A stretch of 49,688 nt of DNA from Erysipelothrix sp. UBA3377 (GCA_002359085.1 DEQB01000035.1:1-49688); one strand, 5' to 3'. Positions 37,162 to 47,354 are shown, counted from the stretch's first letter. A program made the numbers and translations. The notes: generated from the sequence alone by a model not told the origin.

Positions 37162-39644
37162 TACGCTTCCATCCAGTTCTGACCACTTGAATAAGAGACC
37201 TTGAGTTTAACGGGCCACGAAACGATGTTTTCCATGATTTCCACAATATCTTTTTCAATCATTTCAAGTTCTTCAATTGGTACATCAAACACAAGCTCAT
37301 CATGTACTTGAAGGATCATCTTAGTCTGTTTATCTTTTAAATAGGCATCCACTTTAACCATGGCCATTTTTATAATATCCGCAGCCGTACCTTGGATGGG
37401 CGCATTCATCGCTGCCCGCTTCCCAAACTCACGAACCGCATGGTTGGCATCAAACACCTCATTGATATAACGCCTTCTGCCAAAATATGTACTCACAAAA
37501 CCTTCTTTCATACAAAGCGCAACTTGTTGGGCCATGTATTCACTGATATTTGGATACACTTCATGATAACGGTCAATGTAAGCTTTAGCGGCTTTGACAG
37601 GGATATCCAACTGTTGTGAGAGACCATAATCACTCATACCATAGATGATCCCAAAGTTAACACTTTTGGCTTCACGTCGTTGAGAACGATCCACTTCATC
37701 GACCCCAAAAATATCACGAGCCGTCTCTTCATGAATATCTCGAGATTCATTAAATGCCGCAACCATTTTTTCTTCATTGGCCAAAAACGCCAACACACGC
37801 AATTCAATTTGAGAATAATCAATGCTGAGTAAGACATTTCCAGGTGAAGGTACAAATGCTGCACGCACCCGTCTTCCCGCTTCATCTCTCACGGAGATAT
37901 TTTGAAGGTTGGGATTTGATGAACTCAAACGTCCCGTTTGGGTTGCATGTTGATTCAATGTTGTATGAATCTTACTATTGGCTGTAATGTGTTTTTGAAG
38001 CCCGACAGCGTATGTACTATATAGTTTCTGTACACGACGATACTCTAATATTAATGGAATGATTTCATGTTCAGGTGCCAGCCTTTCCAAAACGTCAACT
38101 GCAGTGGAACGCTTTTTAATAAGGGGCAGTCCCAATTCATCAAATAAGACTTCAGCCAACTGTTTGGGTGAATTCAGATTAAAGGGCCCATTTGTATACG
38201 CAAATATTTGTTCAGATAGATGATCGATTTGAGATTTCGTATCAATCGCAATCTCATCCAAAATATTTTGATTCACATTGAAACCCACATATTCCGCTTT
38301 CGCCAATATCTTAGTTAAAGGCGCTTCGATCTCTTCATACACTGAAAATACCGCTTCCTTTTTAGCACGTTTGACCTGTCTGTCCCACACTTCAAATAAC
38401 TTACGTGCGATATAATACCCTTCATTTTCATCATGCCATAAATTAAAGGCATCTTTAACCTTATCAAAAGTATTCACGTTACCATCCACCATAAAGGACA
38501 ATAACATCAGATCATTGAAGTGGTATTCATCCACATCCAAGCCCAATTCAAGCAACAATAGATATAGAGGCTTACTTTCAGAAGCCGTAACTCGACTCTG
38601 TTTCATTAAATTTATAAATTCAGGATTTAATGTCATTTCCATATACGTTAAATAACTCACACGCATACCATCGGATAGATAAGCTCCCAAAACTTCCTTA
38701 TCCTTTGCGACATCCAGATAGATGGCAACATCATTTCCCACCCAACTTTGATCAAAGGGTGTTTCTGAAATCTCAACCACTTCACGATCACCAGGTACAT
38801 CCTGAACCAACGAATTCATGTCATATTTACGATAAAAAGCATTGGTAGACTGAACATCTATTTTAAGTTCAAAGTCATTGATATCAATTTCAACGGGAAC
38901 CTGAGTATTAATCTGTGCCAAGTTAAAAGAAAGGTACGCTTGATCTTTATACGTTCTTAAGTTCTCACCCATTTTACCTTTAATGGTATCCGCATTATCG
39001 TACACGGTATCCAAATCACCATATTGTAAAAGTAACTTCATCGCCGTTTTCTCACCGATAGAAGGTACGCCTGGAATATTATCTGAATTGTCCCCCATCA
39101 AAGCTTTTAAATCAACGATTTGAGAAGGTTTCAAATTCATTTCCGTCATCAAAACTTGTTCATTCACACGCACAATGTTGGTCAAACCTTTTTTCATCAG
39201 TAAAACATCTGTGTGCGGATCCACAATCTGTAATAAATCACGATCACTGGTTAAAATATCAACTTCATCATTGGAAAACTTTTTAGCCAGCGTTCCAATG
39301 ATATCATCCGCCTCATAGCCACCCAATTCCAAACGATTGATATTCGCTGCATCTAAGAATTCACGAATCAAAGCAAACTGTGAAATCAATTCAGGATCAA
39401 TTTCACTACGCGTTCCCTTGTACTCCGGAAACATTTCATGTCTAAAAGTCTTTTGATTGGTATCAAATGCAATCAAAATATGCGTCGGTTCAAAAAGTTC
39501 CAATGCTTTGTTTAACATGGTCGAAAAACCATAAACCGCATTGGTGGGAATTCCAGTAGATGAACGCATTAACCCCCTACTAAACGTGCCATAATAAGCT
39601 CTAAACAACATTGAATAACCATCTATTAATAATATCTTTTTCAT
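37161..39644 (-). CDS. polA: DNA polymerase I
   Basis: 5'-3' exonuclease domain (LIDG, EADDIIG, GDNSDN). Polymerase motifs DYSQIELR, AKSVNFGIIYG and QVHDEL. Confidence 0.98.
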   Translation of the reverse strand: MKKILLIDGYSMLFRAYYGTFSRGLMRSSTGIPTNAVYGFSTMLNKALELFEPTHILIAFDTNQKTFRHEMFPEYKGTRSEIDPELISQFALIREFLDAANINRLELGGYEADDIIGTLAKKFSNDEVDILTSDRDLLQIVDPHTDVLLMKKGLTNIVRVNEQVLMTEMNLKPSQIVDLKALMGDNSDNIPGVPSIGEKTAMKLLLQYGDLDTVYDNADTIKGKMGENLRTYKDQAYLSFNLAQINTQVPVEIDINDFELKIDVQSTNAFYRKYDMNSLVQDVPGDREVVEISETPFDQSWVGNDVAIYLDVAKDKEVLGAYLSDGMRVSYLTYMEMTLNPEFINLMKQSRVTASESKPLYLLLLELGLDVDEYHFNDLMLLSFMVDGNVNTFDKVKDAFNLWHDENEGYYIARKLFEVWDRQVKRAKKEAVFSVYEEIEAPLTKILAKAEYVGFNVNQNILDEIAIDTKSQIDHLSEQIFAYTNGPFNLNSPKQLAEVLFDELGLPLIKKRSTAVDVLERLAPEHEIIPLILEYRRVQKLYSTYAVGLQKHITANSKIHTTLNQHATQTGRLSSSNPNLQNISVRDEAGRRVRAAFVPSPGNVLLSIDYSQIELRVLAFLANEEKMVAAFNESRDIHEETARDIFGVDEVDRSQRREAKSVNFGIIYGMSDYGLSQQLDIPVKAAKAYIDRYHEVYPNISEYMAQQVALCMKEGFVSTYFGRRRYINEVFDANHAVREFGKRAAMNAPIQGTAADIIKMAMVKVDAYLKDKQTKMILQVHDELVFDVPIEELEMIEKDIVEIMENIVSWPVKLKVSYSSGQNWMEA

Positions 39645-39682
39645 AACGTGCCTTTCTAAAATAAAACCCTTAAACGCTAAGC

Positions 39683-40675
39683 CTAAGGGTTGTCAATTTC
39701 CTCTTCATCTGTACTTTCACCCAGCGCCATCAATGTGTCCAGGTTTTGATACATCAACGATATATAATCTTCATTATTCGCCAGATCTTCGTTACTTAAC
39801 GTATATAAGTTATGTAAATTTATTTGTGTTAAATCCAATTCAGTTTTAATTTGATTAAACAACATAACATAATCTGCAGGTAAATTATTTTCAAATACAA
39901 TGTATTCAACACCATCCGCTTGGATACGCTCGCGCATTACAGATAATAATTTCTCATCTGGTAAAACACCATTTTTAGAAAGTGATAAGGGATATACATT
40001 GATTCCATAACTCTTTTGCCAATTCCCAAAAGTAGGTGTTAAAGAAACAAATGAAACCTGATTATCAACATTTCTCAACGAAAGATATTCAGAATATAGT
40101 GTCACCAACTCAATTTCCAACTTATCAAAGTTATCATTGAAATAAGAAGACTGTTCCGGATACTTACCCACAAGATAATCCAAAATAGAACGACCCATCG
40201 ATGTCATCGCAATGGGATCAATCCAAAGAATAGGATCATTCACATACAAGTCATTTTGATTGATGAGATTCGTGTCATAGTAGGGACCCTCAATGTTTGT
40301 GGTAACCCCACCAATTGTAATATTTTGGTAACGTCTAAAATCATATAATTTAGAGTACTGACTCAAATCAAACATTTTGTCAGTCACTGCATTTAATTCA
40401 GGTTCATATAATTCAAAGTAAGGTTGTGCTTCACTGATATAAAAAATTACATCCGCCACATCTAAAACTTCTTCATAGTTTGTGACCATTTGAGCACGCT
40501 GCGCCACTGCACCATTATCAAGACGCAGTACATTTGCACGATCTCCAGCAATGCGGTTTACCAAAAACTCCAGTGGATAGTTCGTAACCGCGATATCCAT
40601 GGTTCCTTGAACACAGCCCGTTAAAGAACTCAAAACAAGTCCTACAATTATCAATTTAAATATTTTATGTTTCAT
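39683..40675 (-). CDS. Lipoprotein with ZnuA/AdcA/PsaA (cluster A-I) solute-binding fold, lacking His ligands
   Basis: Lipobox LTGC. Family motifs VTNYPL, ADVIFY, DPILWIDP, YPEQSSYFNDN and YISLMYQNL. Confidence 0.75.
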   Translation of the reverse strand: MKHKIFKLIIVGLVLSSLTGCVQGTMDIAVTNYPLEFLVNRIAGDRANVLRLDNGAVAQRAQMVTNYEEVLDVADVIFYISEAQPYFELYEPELNAVTDKMFDLSQYSKLYDFRRYQNITIGGVTTNIEGPYYDTNLINQNDLYVNDPILWIDPIAMTSMGRSILDYLVGKYPEQSSYFNDNFDKLEIELVTLYSEYLSLRNVDNQVSFVSLTPTFGNWQKSYGINVYPLSLSKNGVLPDEKLLSVMRERIQADGVEYIVFENNLPADYVMLFNQIKTELDLTQINLHNLYTLSNEDLANNEDYISLMYQNLDTLMALGESTDEEEIDNP

Positions 40676-40720
40676 AGATACCTCACTCTTTTATTATACC
40701 CTATTTTAAGATGTTTTAAA

Positions 40721-41239
40721 CTATCGATACGTTATTTTACCAATGATCCTACTTGAGTAATCATACATCCACTTTGCAAGCGGAACAAAAATCAAATTAC
40801 CCAAAATAACCCAAATTGTGCGATCAATAATAAAATCATTTAAAGGAACACTTTGACTTTGAGTCACGATCAACATCATATACAATACGATTTCCTTCAC
40901 AAATAACCCCAAAGCCATCAACAAACTTAACTCAACCATGGTTTCACCAATATGACGATACCAAATTCGAATAATAATGGCCGCAATCCCATAACTTACA
41001 TAAAAAATGGGAAATGTTTGAAGATGCATTAAATCCAATACCAAACACACTAAAATAACTTTAAATGTGATTTCAAAGCGATCATCTTCTTTTGTCATCA
41101 ATAAAAGAGTCAGAAAATGAATTTGACTCACAAATGTCAATGGACCCAAATCAGTTGTGTTAAAAATAGCTTGAATAAAAAAATCAATCGCAAACGATAC
41201 CATGAATAACCCCAAATGAACCAATCTACGTTGCCTCAT
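40721..41239 (-). CDS. mreD: Rod shape-determining protein MreD
   Basis: About 5 TMs, 172 aa, overlapping the mreC stop codon. Confidence 0.7.
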   Translation of the reverse strand: MRQRRLVHLGLFMVSFAIDFFIQAIFNTTDLGPLTFVSQIHFLTLLLMTKEDDRFEITFKVILVCLVLDLMHLQTFPIFYVSYGIAAIIIRIWYRHIGETMVELSLLMALGLFVKEIVLYMMLIVTQSQSVPLNDFIIDRTIWVILGNLIFVPLAKWMYDYSSRIIGKITYR

Positions 41240-42072
41240 GGTGCCTTCACAACCTTTATATAATCAATCGCATTAAAGTTGGCATTGGATTTTGATTTCA
41301 CAATCACCCCAACCCCCTCGGCGACTTGTTTGACTTCACTAACATCCCCAAAATAAATACCTTTTGGGAAATGACCCCCTAAACCAGAAGTCACAATCTT
41401 TTGACCCACATCTAGGTTTTCATTTGAATCCATCAAAAGAATATCAAATGTTTGGGTCTCATAATCATAGTTATTAATAATACCATTGACAGATTGATCC
41501 CCTACTTCAATGACGACAGATATTTTAGAAAATTCATCATTTGAAGTCAATAAAGTAATCAAACTGGTAGTCTCATTAACATTCAACACCTTACCAACCA
41601 TGCCGCCAGTAGTGATGACACCATCATCCACCGCAACACCATCGTTTGATCCGATATTAATCGTAAGCACCTTATTCCATGTTTCAAATGAACGATCAAT
41701 AACACGACCCGCAATCAATTCAATGTCTGTATAAACAGTATCCAAATCATTGAGTGCTCTCAGTGTCTCGATTTCATCAAGATACATTTTTTCTTTTACT
41801 TCCCACTCAGCGACTGAAACCACATAGCGCCTTAACGCATCATTCTCTCCACGTTTTTCCCAAAAACCCAAATAGTCTTTAGAAAAATTAGAAACTGTTT
41901 CTGCAGGATATTCAAACAAGCCATAACGCACCATGGAAAAGAAACCATAGACTTCTTGATCACTTGTACGATAAAAACTGGTATGTCTTAAGAGATTGAA
42001 CCCAATTAAGGATACCACCAATACCACAATTACATTGATTAAAAATTTCGTTAATGACATTCTTTGTTTCAT
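41236..42072 (-). CDS. mreC: Rod shape-determining protein MreC
   Basis: TM, coiled coil, INIGSNDGV, GMVGKV and VTSGLGGHFPKGIYFG. Confidence 0.93.
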   Translation of the reverse strand: MKQRMSLTKFLINVIVVLVVSLIGFNLLRHTSFYRTSDQEVYGFFSMVRYGLFEYPAETVSNFSKDYLGFWEKRGENDALRRYVVSVAEWEVKEKMYLDEIETLRALNDLDTVYTDIELIAGRVIDRSFETWNKVLTINIGSNDGVAVDDGVITTGGMVGKVLNVNETTSLITLLTSNDEFSKISVVIEVGDQSVNGIINNYDYETQTFDILLMDSNENLDVGQKIVTSGLGGHFPKGIYFGDVSEVKQVAEGVGVIVKSKSNANFNAIDYIKVVKAP

Positions 42073-42121
42073 GCATATCACCTTTTCTCATTATACTAGA
42101 TTTTACTGTAAAGATAAACTT

Positions 42122-42146
42122 AAAAAAGAGGTTCAAGCCTCTTTTC
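42122..42146. terminator. Terminator after radC
   Basis: AAAAAGAGG-TTCAAG-CCTCTTTT. Confidence 0.7.
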
Positions 42147-42147
42147 T

Positions 42148-42837
42148 TTATTCTATCACAAACAGCTCAGGCATGTGCTCCCGAATCGAAAGATATGAAC
42201 CCTCAGATACAATTAAATGATCTAAAATATATACCCCCATCATATATCCAGCATTCACCAAGATTTCAGTAGTATCAATATCTGATTGACTGGGCACAAG
42301 ACCACCACTAGGGTGGTTATGAACCAAGATTATGTGAGAAGCACTGTTTTTAACCGCATCCTTAAAGATCTCACGTGGATGAACGACACTACGATCCAAC
42401 GTTCCCACAAATAACTGAGACGCTTTGATGAGTCTATTTTGTTTGTCCAAATAAACCGCAATAAAATACTCCTGACGTTTGTATCCAACCTCCAAATTCA
42501 ACCAATTCACCAACGTATGTGGCTCATTCACTTGGATCACTTCACCTGATTTTGGTTTTACAATGCGCTTGGATACTTCAACCAATGCCATGATTTCAAG
42601 CGCCTTAATGTGACTGATACCCCGAATTTCCATCAACGCATCTTTTGTGATGCGATTAATGCCATTGAGTGAGCCCGTTACTTTTAAGATTTCATCCGCT
42701 ACTTGTAACGCCGAGAATTTTTTAGTTCCCTGCCGCACAAACAAAGCAAGTAACTCCCGATCTGATAACCGCTCCAACCCATGTTGCATCGCTTTTTCCC
42801 TGGGTCTTAATGCCTCAGGAATTTCTTTTATTTTCAA
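42148..42837 (-). CDS. radC: RadC / JAB-domain protein
   Basis: Motifs RPREK, VHPREIF, HNHPSG...PSQSD and LDHLIV. TTG start. Confidence 0.95.
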   Translation of the reverse strand: MKIKEIPEALRPREKAMQHGLERLSDRELLALFVRQGTKKFSALQVADEILKVTGSLNGINRITKDALMEIRGISHIKALEIMALVEVSKRIVKPKSGEVIQVNEPHTLVNWLNLEVGYKRQEYFIAVYLDKQNRLIKASQLFVGTLDRSVVHPREIFKDAVKNSASHIILVHNHPSGGLVPSQSDIDTTEILVNAGYMMGVYILDHLIVSEGSYLSIREHMPELFVIE

Positions 42838-42873
42838 TTACTATCACCCCATAATAACTATGCTCCCCCAAAG

Positions 42874-42897
42874 AAAAAACCTTCTTAAAGAAGGTTT
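42874..42897 (-). terminator. Terminator after metQ
   Basis: AAACCTTCT-TAA-AGAAGGTTT, with a T-tract on the minus strand. Confidence 0.7.
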
Positions 42898-43702
42898 AAT
42901 CTAAAGTACTAATGACTGCAGGCGCAAAGGTCTCCGCAATATATTTTTTAACAGATTCATCATTGAACGCCGCAATAATTGCTTTTGACTTTGCAGTTTC
43001 AGTTTCCCCCGCTCTAACTGCGACAATGTTCACAATATTTGCGATGGTCACGTCATCAATGGGTTCTGCTTGAATACCACGATTTGTAATACCACCTGCC
43101 AATGCGTAGTTCCCATTCACAATACCATAGGCAGCACTGTCTAATAACTTCGGTGTATTTTCAGCACTGGCCAAACGAATCTCAATATCGTATGCGTATT
43201 CTGTAATATCATTTAAAGTCGATGTATCACGATTGTTAGGATTCAACTTTATCCAACCAATCTCTTCTAAAAGTTTTAAAGCTCTGGGTAAGTTTGTGGC
43301 ATCATCAGGAACCACAATCACATCCCCATCCGCAACATCAGCTAACGTAGTTTTTAAACCGCTATAAATCGCAATGGGCTCATAGTGTACTTGAATGAGC
43401 GGTACAAGGTCTGTGCCATGTTCTTCATTAAAGTTGTTTAAGTAAGGTGTATGTTGGAAATAGTTCGCATCCAGTTCACCACTTTCAAGAGACGCATTGG
43501 GCGCAACATAGTCATCAAATTCAATAACTTCCAAATCATAACCGAGTGCTTTTAAAGGCGCTTTAAGTTGTTTCAAGAAATCCGCATGGGGTAAAGCAGT
43601 TCCTCCAATCACAATTTTCTCTAAATCATCTGTTTGATCTTTTCCAGATCCACATCCAACCAATACCAGTAACACCAATAATATACTTAGTAATTTCTTC
43701 AT
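42896..43702 (-). CDS. metQ: Methionine ABC transporter substrate-binding lipoprotein (MetQ/NlpA)
   Basis: Lipobox LVGC. Motifs FDDYVAPN, DANYFQHTPYL, PDDATNLPRAL and NGNYA. Preceded by a Met T-box. Confidence 0.92.
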   Translation of the reverse strand: MKKLLSILLVLLVLVGCGSGKDQTDDLEKIVIGGTALPHADFLKQLKAPLKALGYDLEVIEFDDYVAPNASLESGELDANYFQHTPYLNNFNEEHGTDLVPLIQVHYEPIAIYSGLKTTLADVADGDVIVVPDDATNLPRALKLLEEIGWIKLNPNNRDTSTLNDITEYAYDIEIRLASAENTPKLLDSAAYGIVNGNYALAGGITNRGIQAEPIDDVTIANIVNIVAVRAGETETAKSKAIIAAFNDESVKKYIAETFAPAVISTLD

Positions 43703-43724
43703 CTAAACATCCTCCTATAAGTAT

Positions 43725-43975
43725 ATAAAAAGCACGCCTCCCATAAGGATGAGCGTGCTCTCATGTTACCACCTTAATTCGTATCAGCCTCACGACCAAT
43801 ACCTCTTCGAGTTCAATCAAACTCTATTGCTATAACGGGCAAACCCGTCTTGATCTAAATAACTTTCGACCAAGCAGCTCCAAGACCATATTCAATTAAT
43901 TTCCACTTGCTTAATTTCACCACCATAAGCTCTCTGTAAAGTTTTCATTAATTTACTCTTCTTTTCATCGCATTT
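43725..43975 (-). promoter_or_regulatory. T-box riboswitch, Met (AUG specifier)
   Basis: Stem I with AGUA, AGAGA and GGUGAAA elements. Specifier GAAU-AUG-G at 43887-43889. T-box AAGGUGGUAACAUG. Terminator AGCACGCUC...GAGGCGUGCU-UUUU. Confidence 0.92.
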
Positions 43976-44069
43976 TCATTTATGTTTACATTATTATACA
44001 TTTGATTATAAAAGTCAACCCTCAAACAAAAAAAGTTGTCTACCAATAATAGTAAACAACTTAACAACC

Positions 44070-45818
44070 TTATTTTTCAGGGTATTCAATTAACAAATGC
44101 AAATCATCCAACTGTTGTTGGGTCGCTTTTGCAGGTGCCTGAGTTAAAGGATCTCTTGCAGAAGCATTCTTCGGAAATGCAATCACGTCTCTGATTGAAT
44201 TTGAATGCGTTAGTGCCATCGCAAAACGGTCTAAACCAAACGCAATCCCACCATGAGGCGGTGTACCATATTGGAAAGCATCCACAAAGAAACCAAAACG
44301 ACTTTGGATTTGTTCAGGCGTAAATCCAATCAATTCAAACATTTTCTCTTGGAGTGCTTGTTGATAAATACGCATGGAACCCCCCGCAATTTCAAAACCA
44401 TTTAACACCAAGTCATATGCTTCCGCAATGACTTCAAGTGGGTTGGTATCCAGTAGTGGGATATCTGTTGCTTTGGGTGCCGTGAAGGGATGGTGACGCG
44501 CAACCAAGTTACCTTCTTCATCTGCTTCAAACATTGGGAAATCTACGACCCAAGCATATTTGAATGCATTTTCTGCAATTAAATCAAAGTCTTTCGCAAG
44601 TTGAAGTCTCAAGGATCCAATCGCATTGGCACACACTTCCCATGCACCCGATCCGATAAATAATACATCACCATGAACCAATTTGTGTTCATTCACAATC
44701 GTATGTTTTTCATCTTCTGAAATGAATTTTGCAGCAGATCCTGAGAATACATCGTTTTCATATTTTAAGACAACCAAACCATTCAATCCGTGCTTCTTAA
44801 CAAGATCCGTATACTTGTCCATGACTTTACGAGTGAATTTTTCACTGTGGTTACCCCTTAAGATAAGACCCTTTAAGCTTCCATTAGCAGCGATTGTATT
44901 GGAAAATACTTGGAATTCACTGTTTTTAAAAGTTTCATTAAAGTCATTCAAATGCATTTCAAAACGTAAGTCCGGTTTGTCACTACCATAAATATTCATG
45001 GCATCCACAAACTTGATACGTGGGAATTCAGGTTTCGCTTCACCCAAAACATCAACCATTACATTGGTCGCAACGGTTTCAACAATTCCCATAAACTGGT
45101 CTTGTGTTAGGAAAGACGCTTCAATATCAACTTGTGTAAAGTCCAATTGACGGTCTGCTCTTAAGTCTTCGTCTCTAAAGCAACGCGCAATTTGGTAGTA
45201 TCTTTCAAGACCACCAATCATCAACAGTTGTTTGAAGATTTGCGGTGATTGTGCGAGTGCATAGAATTCACCTGGATGCACTCTGGAAGGTACTAAGTAC
45301 TCTCTTGCACCTTCAGGCGTTGATTTGGTTAACATGGGAGTTTCAATATCAATGAACCCCATGGATTCCAAAGTATTACGCATATTCGACGTAATCTTAG
45401 CACGTGTCATCAAACGATTTTGCATGATGGGACGTCTTAAGTCAAGATAACGATATTTCATACGTGTATCTTCAAGGGCATCCGTTTCATCCGCAATAAT
45501 CATAGGAGTTTGTTTAGCAGCATTGATAATTTCAAATTCTGTAACATCAATTTCAATATCACCTGTACGTAATTTAGGATTCTTATCTTGTCTTTCAATA
45601 ACAGTCCCTTTTACATTTAAAATATATTCACTTCTTACTTTTTCAACTTCAGGAAATTGTTCTTGATTGATCACCAATTGAACAATACCCGTACGGTCAC
45701 GTAAGTCAATAAAAACAATAGACCCAAAGTTTCGTCTCTTTGAGACCCAACCCAGAAGTTCTACGGTTTCATTTTCATGCGTGATTCTTAATTCACCATT
45801 ATGATGTGTTCTATTCAT
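44070..45818 (-). CDS. aspS: Aspartate--tRNA ligase
   Basis: Motifs RYLDLRR, TPEGAR, QSPQIFKQ, RCFRDED and PPHGGIAFGLDR. Start ATG 45818 (MNRTH) overlaps the hisS stop. Confidence 0.98.
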   Translation of the reverse strand: MNRTHHNGELRITHENETVELLGWVSKRRNFGSIVFIDLRDRTGIVQLVINQEQFPEVEKVRSEYILNVKGTVIERQDKNPKLRTGDIEIDVTEFEIINAAKQTPMIIADETDALEDTRMKYRYLDLRRPIMQNRLMTRAKITSNMRNTLESMGFIDIETPMLTKSTPEGAREYLVPSRVHPGEFYALAQSPQIFKQLLMIGGLERYYQIARCFRDEDLRADRQLDFTQVDIEASFLTQDQFMGIVETVATNVMVDVLGEAKPEFPRIKFVDAMNIYGSDKPDLRFEMHLNDFNETFKNSEFQVFSNTIAANGSLKGLILRGNHSEKFTRKVMDKYTDLVKKHGLNGLVVLKYENDVFSGSAAKFISEDEKHTIVNEHKLVHGDVLFIGSGAWEVCANAIGSLRLQLAKDFDLIAENAFKYAWVVDFPMFEADEEGNLVARHHPFTAPKATDIPLLDTNPLEVIAEAYDLVLNGFEIAGGSMRIYQQALQEKMFELIGFTPEQIQSRFGFFVDAFQYGTPPHGGIAFGLDRFAMALTHSNSIRDVIAFPKNASARDPLTQAPAKATQQQLDDLHLLIEYPEK

Positions 45819-47097
45819 GTTTTTCTCCGATCCAAGCATTGATTGCTGAAACCAATTGTTCCAGTGGAACATTGATTTGTTGTTGTGTTTCAATATTTTT
45901 AAGCGTCAGTGTGTTGTTGACAACCTCATCTTCACCCAATATTATGGCGACTTGAGATCGATAGCGATCTACCAGTTTGAATTGAGCACGCATGGAGCGA
46001 TTATAGAAATCCATATCCACACTGTATCCAGCTTCACGCAATAGACCCATCGCTTTTAAAGCCAAAGTATTTGAAGAAGCATCCAAAGGCATCACAAATA
46101 CATCCACTTTATCTTCCGTATCCAAATTGATATTGCCAGATTCCAAGAATACCATCAAACGTTCAATCCCCATCCCAAATCCAAATGCAGAAACTTCCGG
46201 ACCACCATAGTATTCAACCAAGTGATCATATCTACCACCTGCGAATATGGTACTTTGCGCACCCGCATCATCTGATGTTGATATAACCTCAAAGACAGTA
46301 TGGTGGTAGTAATCCAAACCACGCACCAACTTATGATTGACTTCATATGGAATTTCTAAAGCATCCAACACTTCACAAACCTTCTCAAAGTAATGTTTTG
46401 AATCTTCATTCAATGCTTCCTGATTTGTGGGTGCCGTAATGAGTGCTTCATGGTCTTGGTAGAATTTATCATCCAAGATACGCAAAGGGTTTTGTTTATA
46501 ACGACGTTTGTTATCTTCTCCCAAATCTTCAATAAAGGGTTCAAAGTGTGCGATCAATTGTTCACGGTATCGGTTTTGACTCTCTTGGTCTCCCAATGTA
46601 TTGATAACCAATTTGAAATCTTGAATGCCTATTTTTTTAAGTAATTCAAGTCCCAATGAAATGGCTTCAACATCCGCATACGGACTTTTCTCACCAAAGA
46701 ATTCAACACCAAATTGGGTATGCATACGCATTCTACCTTTTTGAGGTCTTTCATATCTAAAGTTGGGTCCAATATAGAAATACTTTTGAATTGCAGTGCC
46801 TTGAGCATACAGTTTGTGTTCCACAAATGCACGCACAACCCCCGCAGTTCCTTCTGGCCTTAAAGTGAGAGAACGTCCTCCTCTATCTTCAAAGGTATAC
46901 ATTTCTTTATTAACCACATCGCTGGCATCATTACCGCGATCAAAGACTTCGGTATGTTCGAATATCGGCGTCTTAATTTCAGTAACATGATATGCATCGG
47001 TCAATTCACGCGCAACGGTCTCTATCTTGTTCCAAATTCTAACCTGTTGGTCAAAGACATCTTGTGTACCGCGTGGTGCTTTTAAATTTTTTGACAT
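45811..47097 (-). CDS. hisS: Histidine--tRNA ligase
   Basis: Motifs PRGTQD, LRPEGTA, FRYERPQKGR, LVRGLDYY and GGRYD. Confidence 0.98.
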   Translation of the reverse strand: MSKNLKAPRGTQDVFDQQVRIWNKIETVARELTDAYHVTEIKTPIFEHTEVFDRGNDASDVVNKEMYTFEDRGGRSLTLRPEGTAGVVRAFVEHKLYAQGTAIQKYFYIGPNFRYERPQKGRMRMHTQFGVEFFGEKSPYADVEAISLGLELLKKIGIQDFKLVINTLGDQESQNRYREQLIAHFEPFIEDLGEDNKRRYKQNPLRILDDKFYQDHEALITAPTNQEALNEDSKHYFEKVCEVLDALEIPYEVNHKLVRGLDYYHHTVFEVISTSDDAGAQSTIFAGGRYDHLVEYYGGPEVSAFGFGMGIERLMVFLESGNINLDTEDKVDVFVMPLDASSNTLALKAMGLLREAGYSVDMDFYNRSMRAQFKLVDRYRSQVAIILGEDEVVNNTLTLKNIETQQQINVPLEQLVSAINAWIGEKHE

Positions 47098-47116
47098 AAT
47101 ATGCTCCTTCTCTTAA

Positions 47117-47318
47117 ACAAAATAAAAGATGATCCCAAGGACACGCTACGTGTGGTACCACCTTTCTTTATACTCAATTCTTTAACGCAGAACTACGGAT
47201 CAGACTACTTTATTCATCGATCTTCTTCTGTGGGGTCACATTAGATTCCAAAGCATACATTTCACCAAAGTTGTATGTCTCTAAACATTGTCTTCTAATT
47301 CAGTCACAGTCTAACGAA
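47117..47318 (-). promoter_or_regulatory. T-box riboswitch upstream of hisS-aspS
   Basis: AGAGA and GGUGAAA distal elements, GCGUUA F-box-like element, antiterminator AAGG-UGGUACC-ACACG-UAG-CGUGU-CCUU. Confidence 0.85.
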
Positions 47319-47354
47319 TTTATACACACTTAAGATAACATAAGTGTACTGTTT

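Noticed and set aside
42148..42837. radC (JAB domain) as a marker of a mobile or defence element
   Set aside because: It is the full-length chromosomal form at its usual position before mreCD, with no mobile-element context.
45819..45893. N-terminal extension of aspS in the ORF track
   Set aside because: It overlaps the hisS coding region. The true start is ATG 45818 (MNRTH), after the GGAG SD.
47322..47349. Hairpin after the rel stop as an intrinsic terminator
   Set aside because: The stem is present but lacks a U-tract on the minus strand, so termination is not supported.
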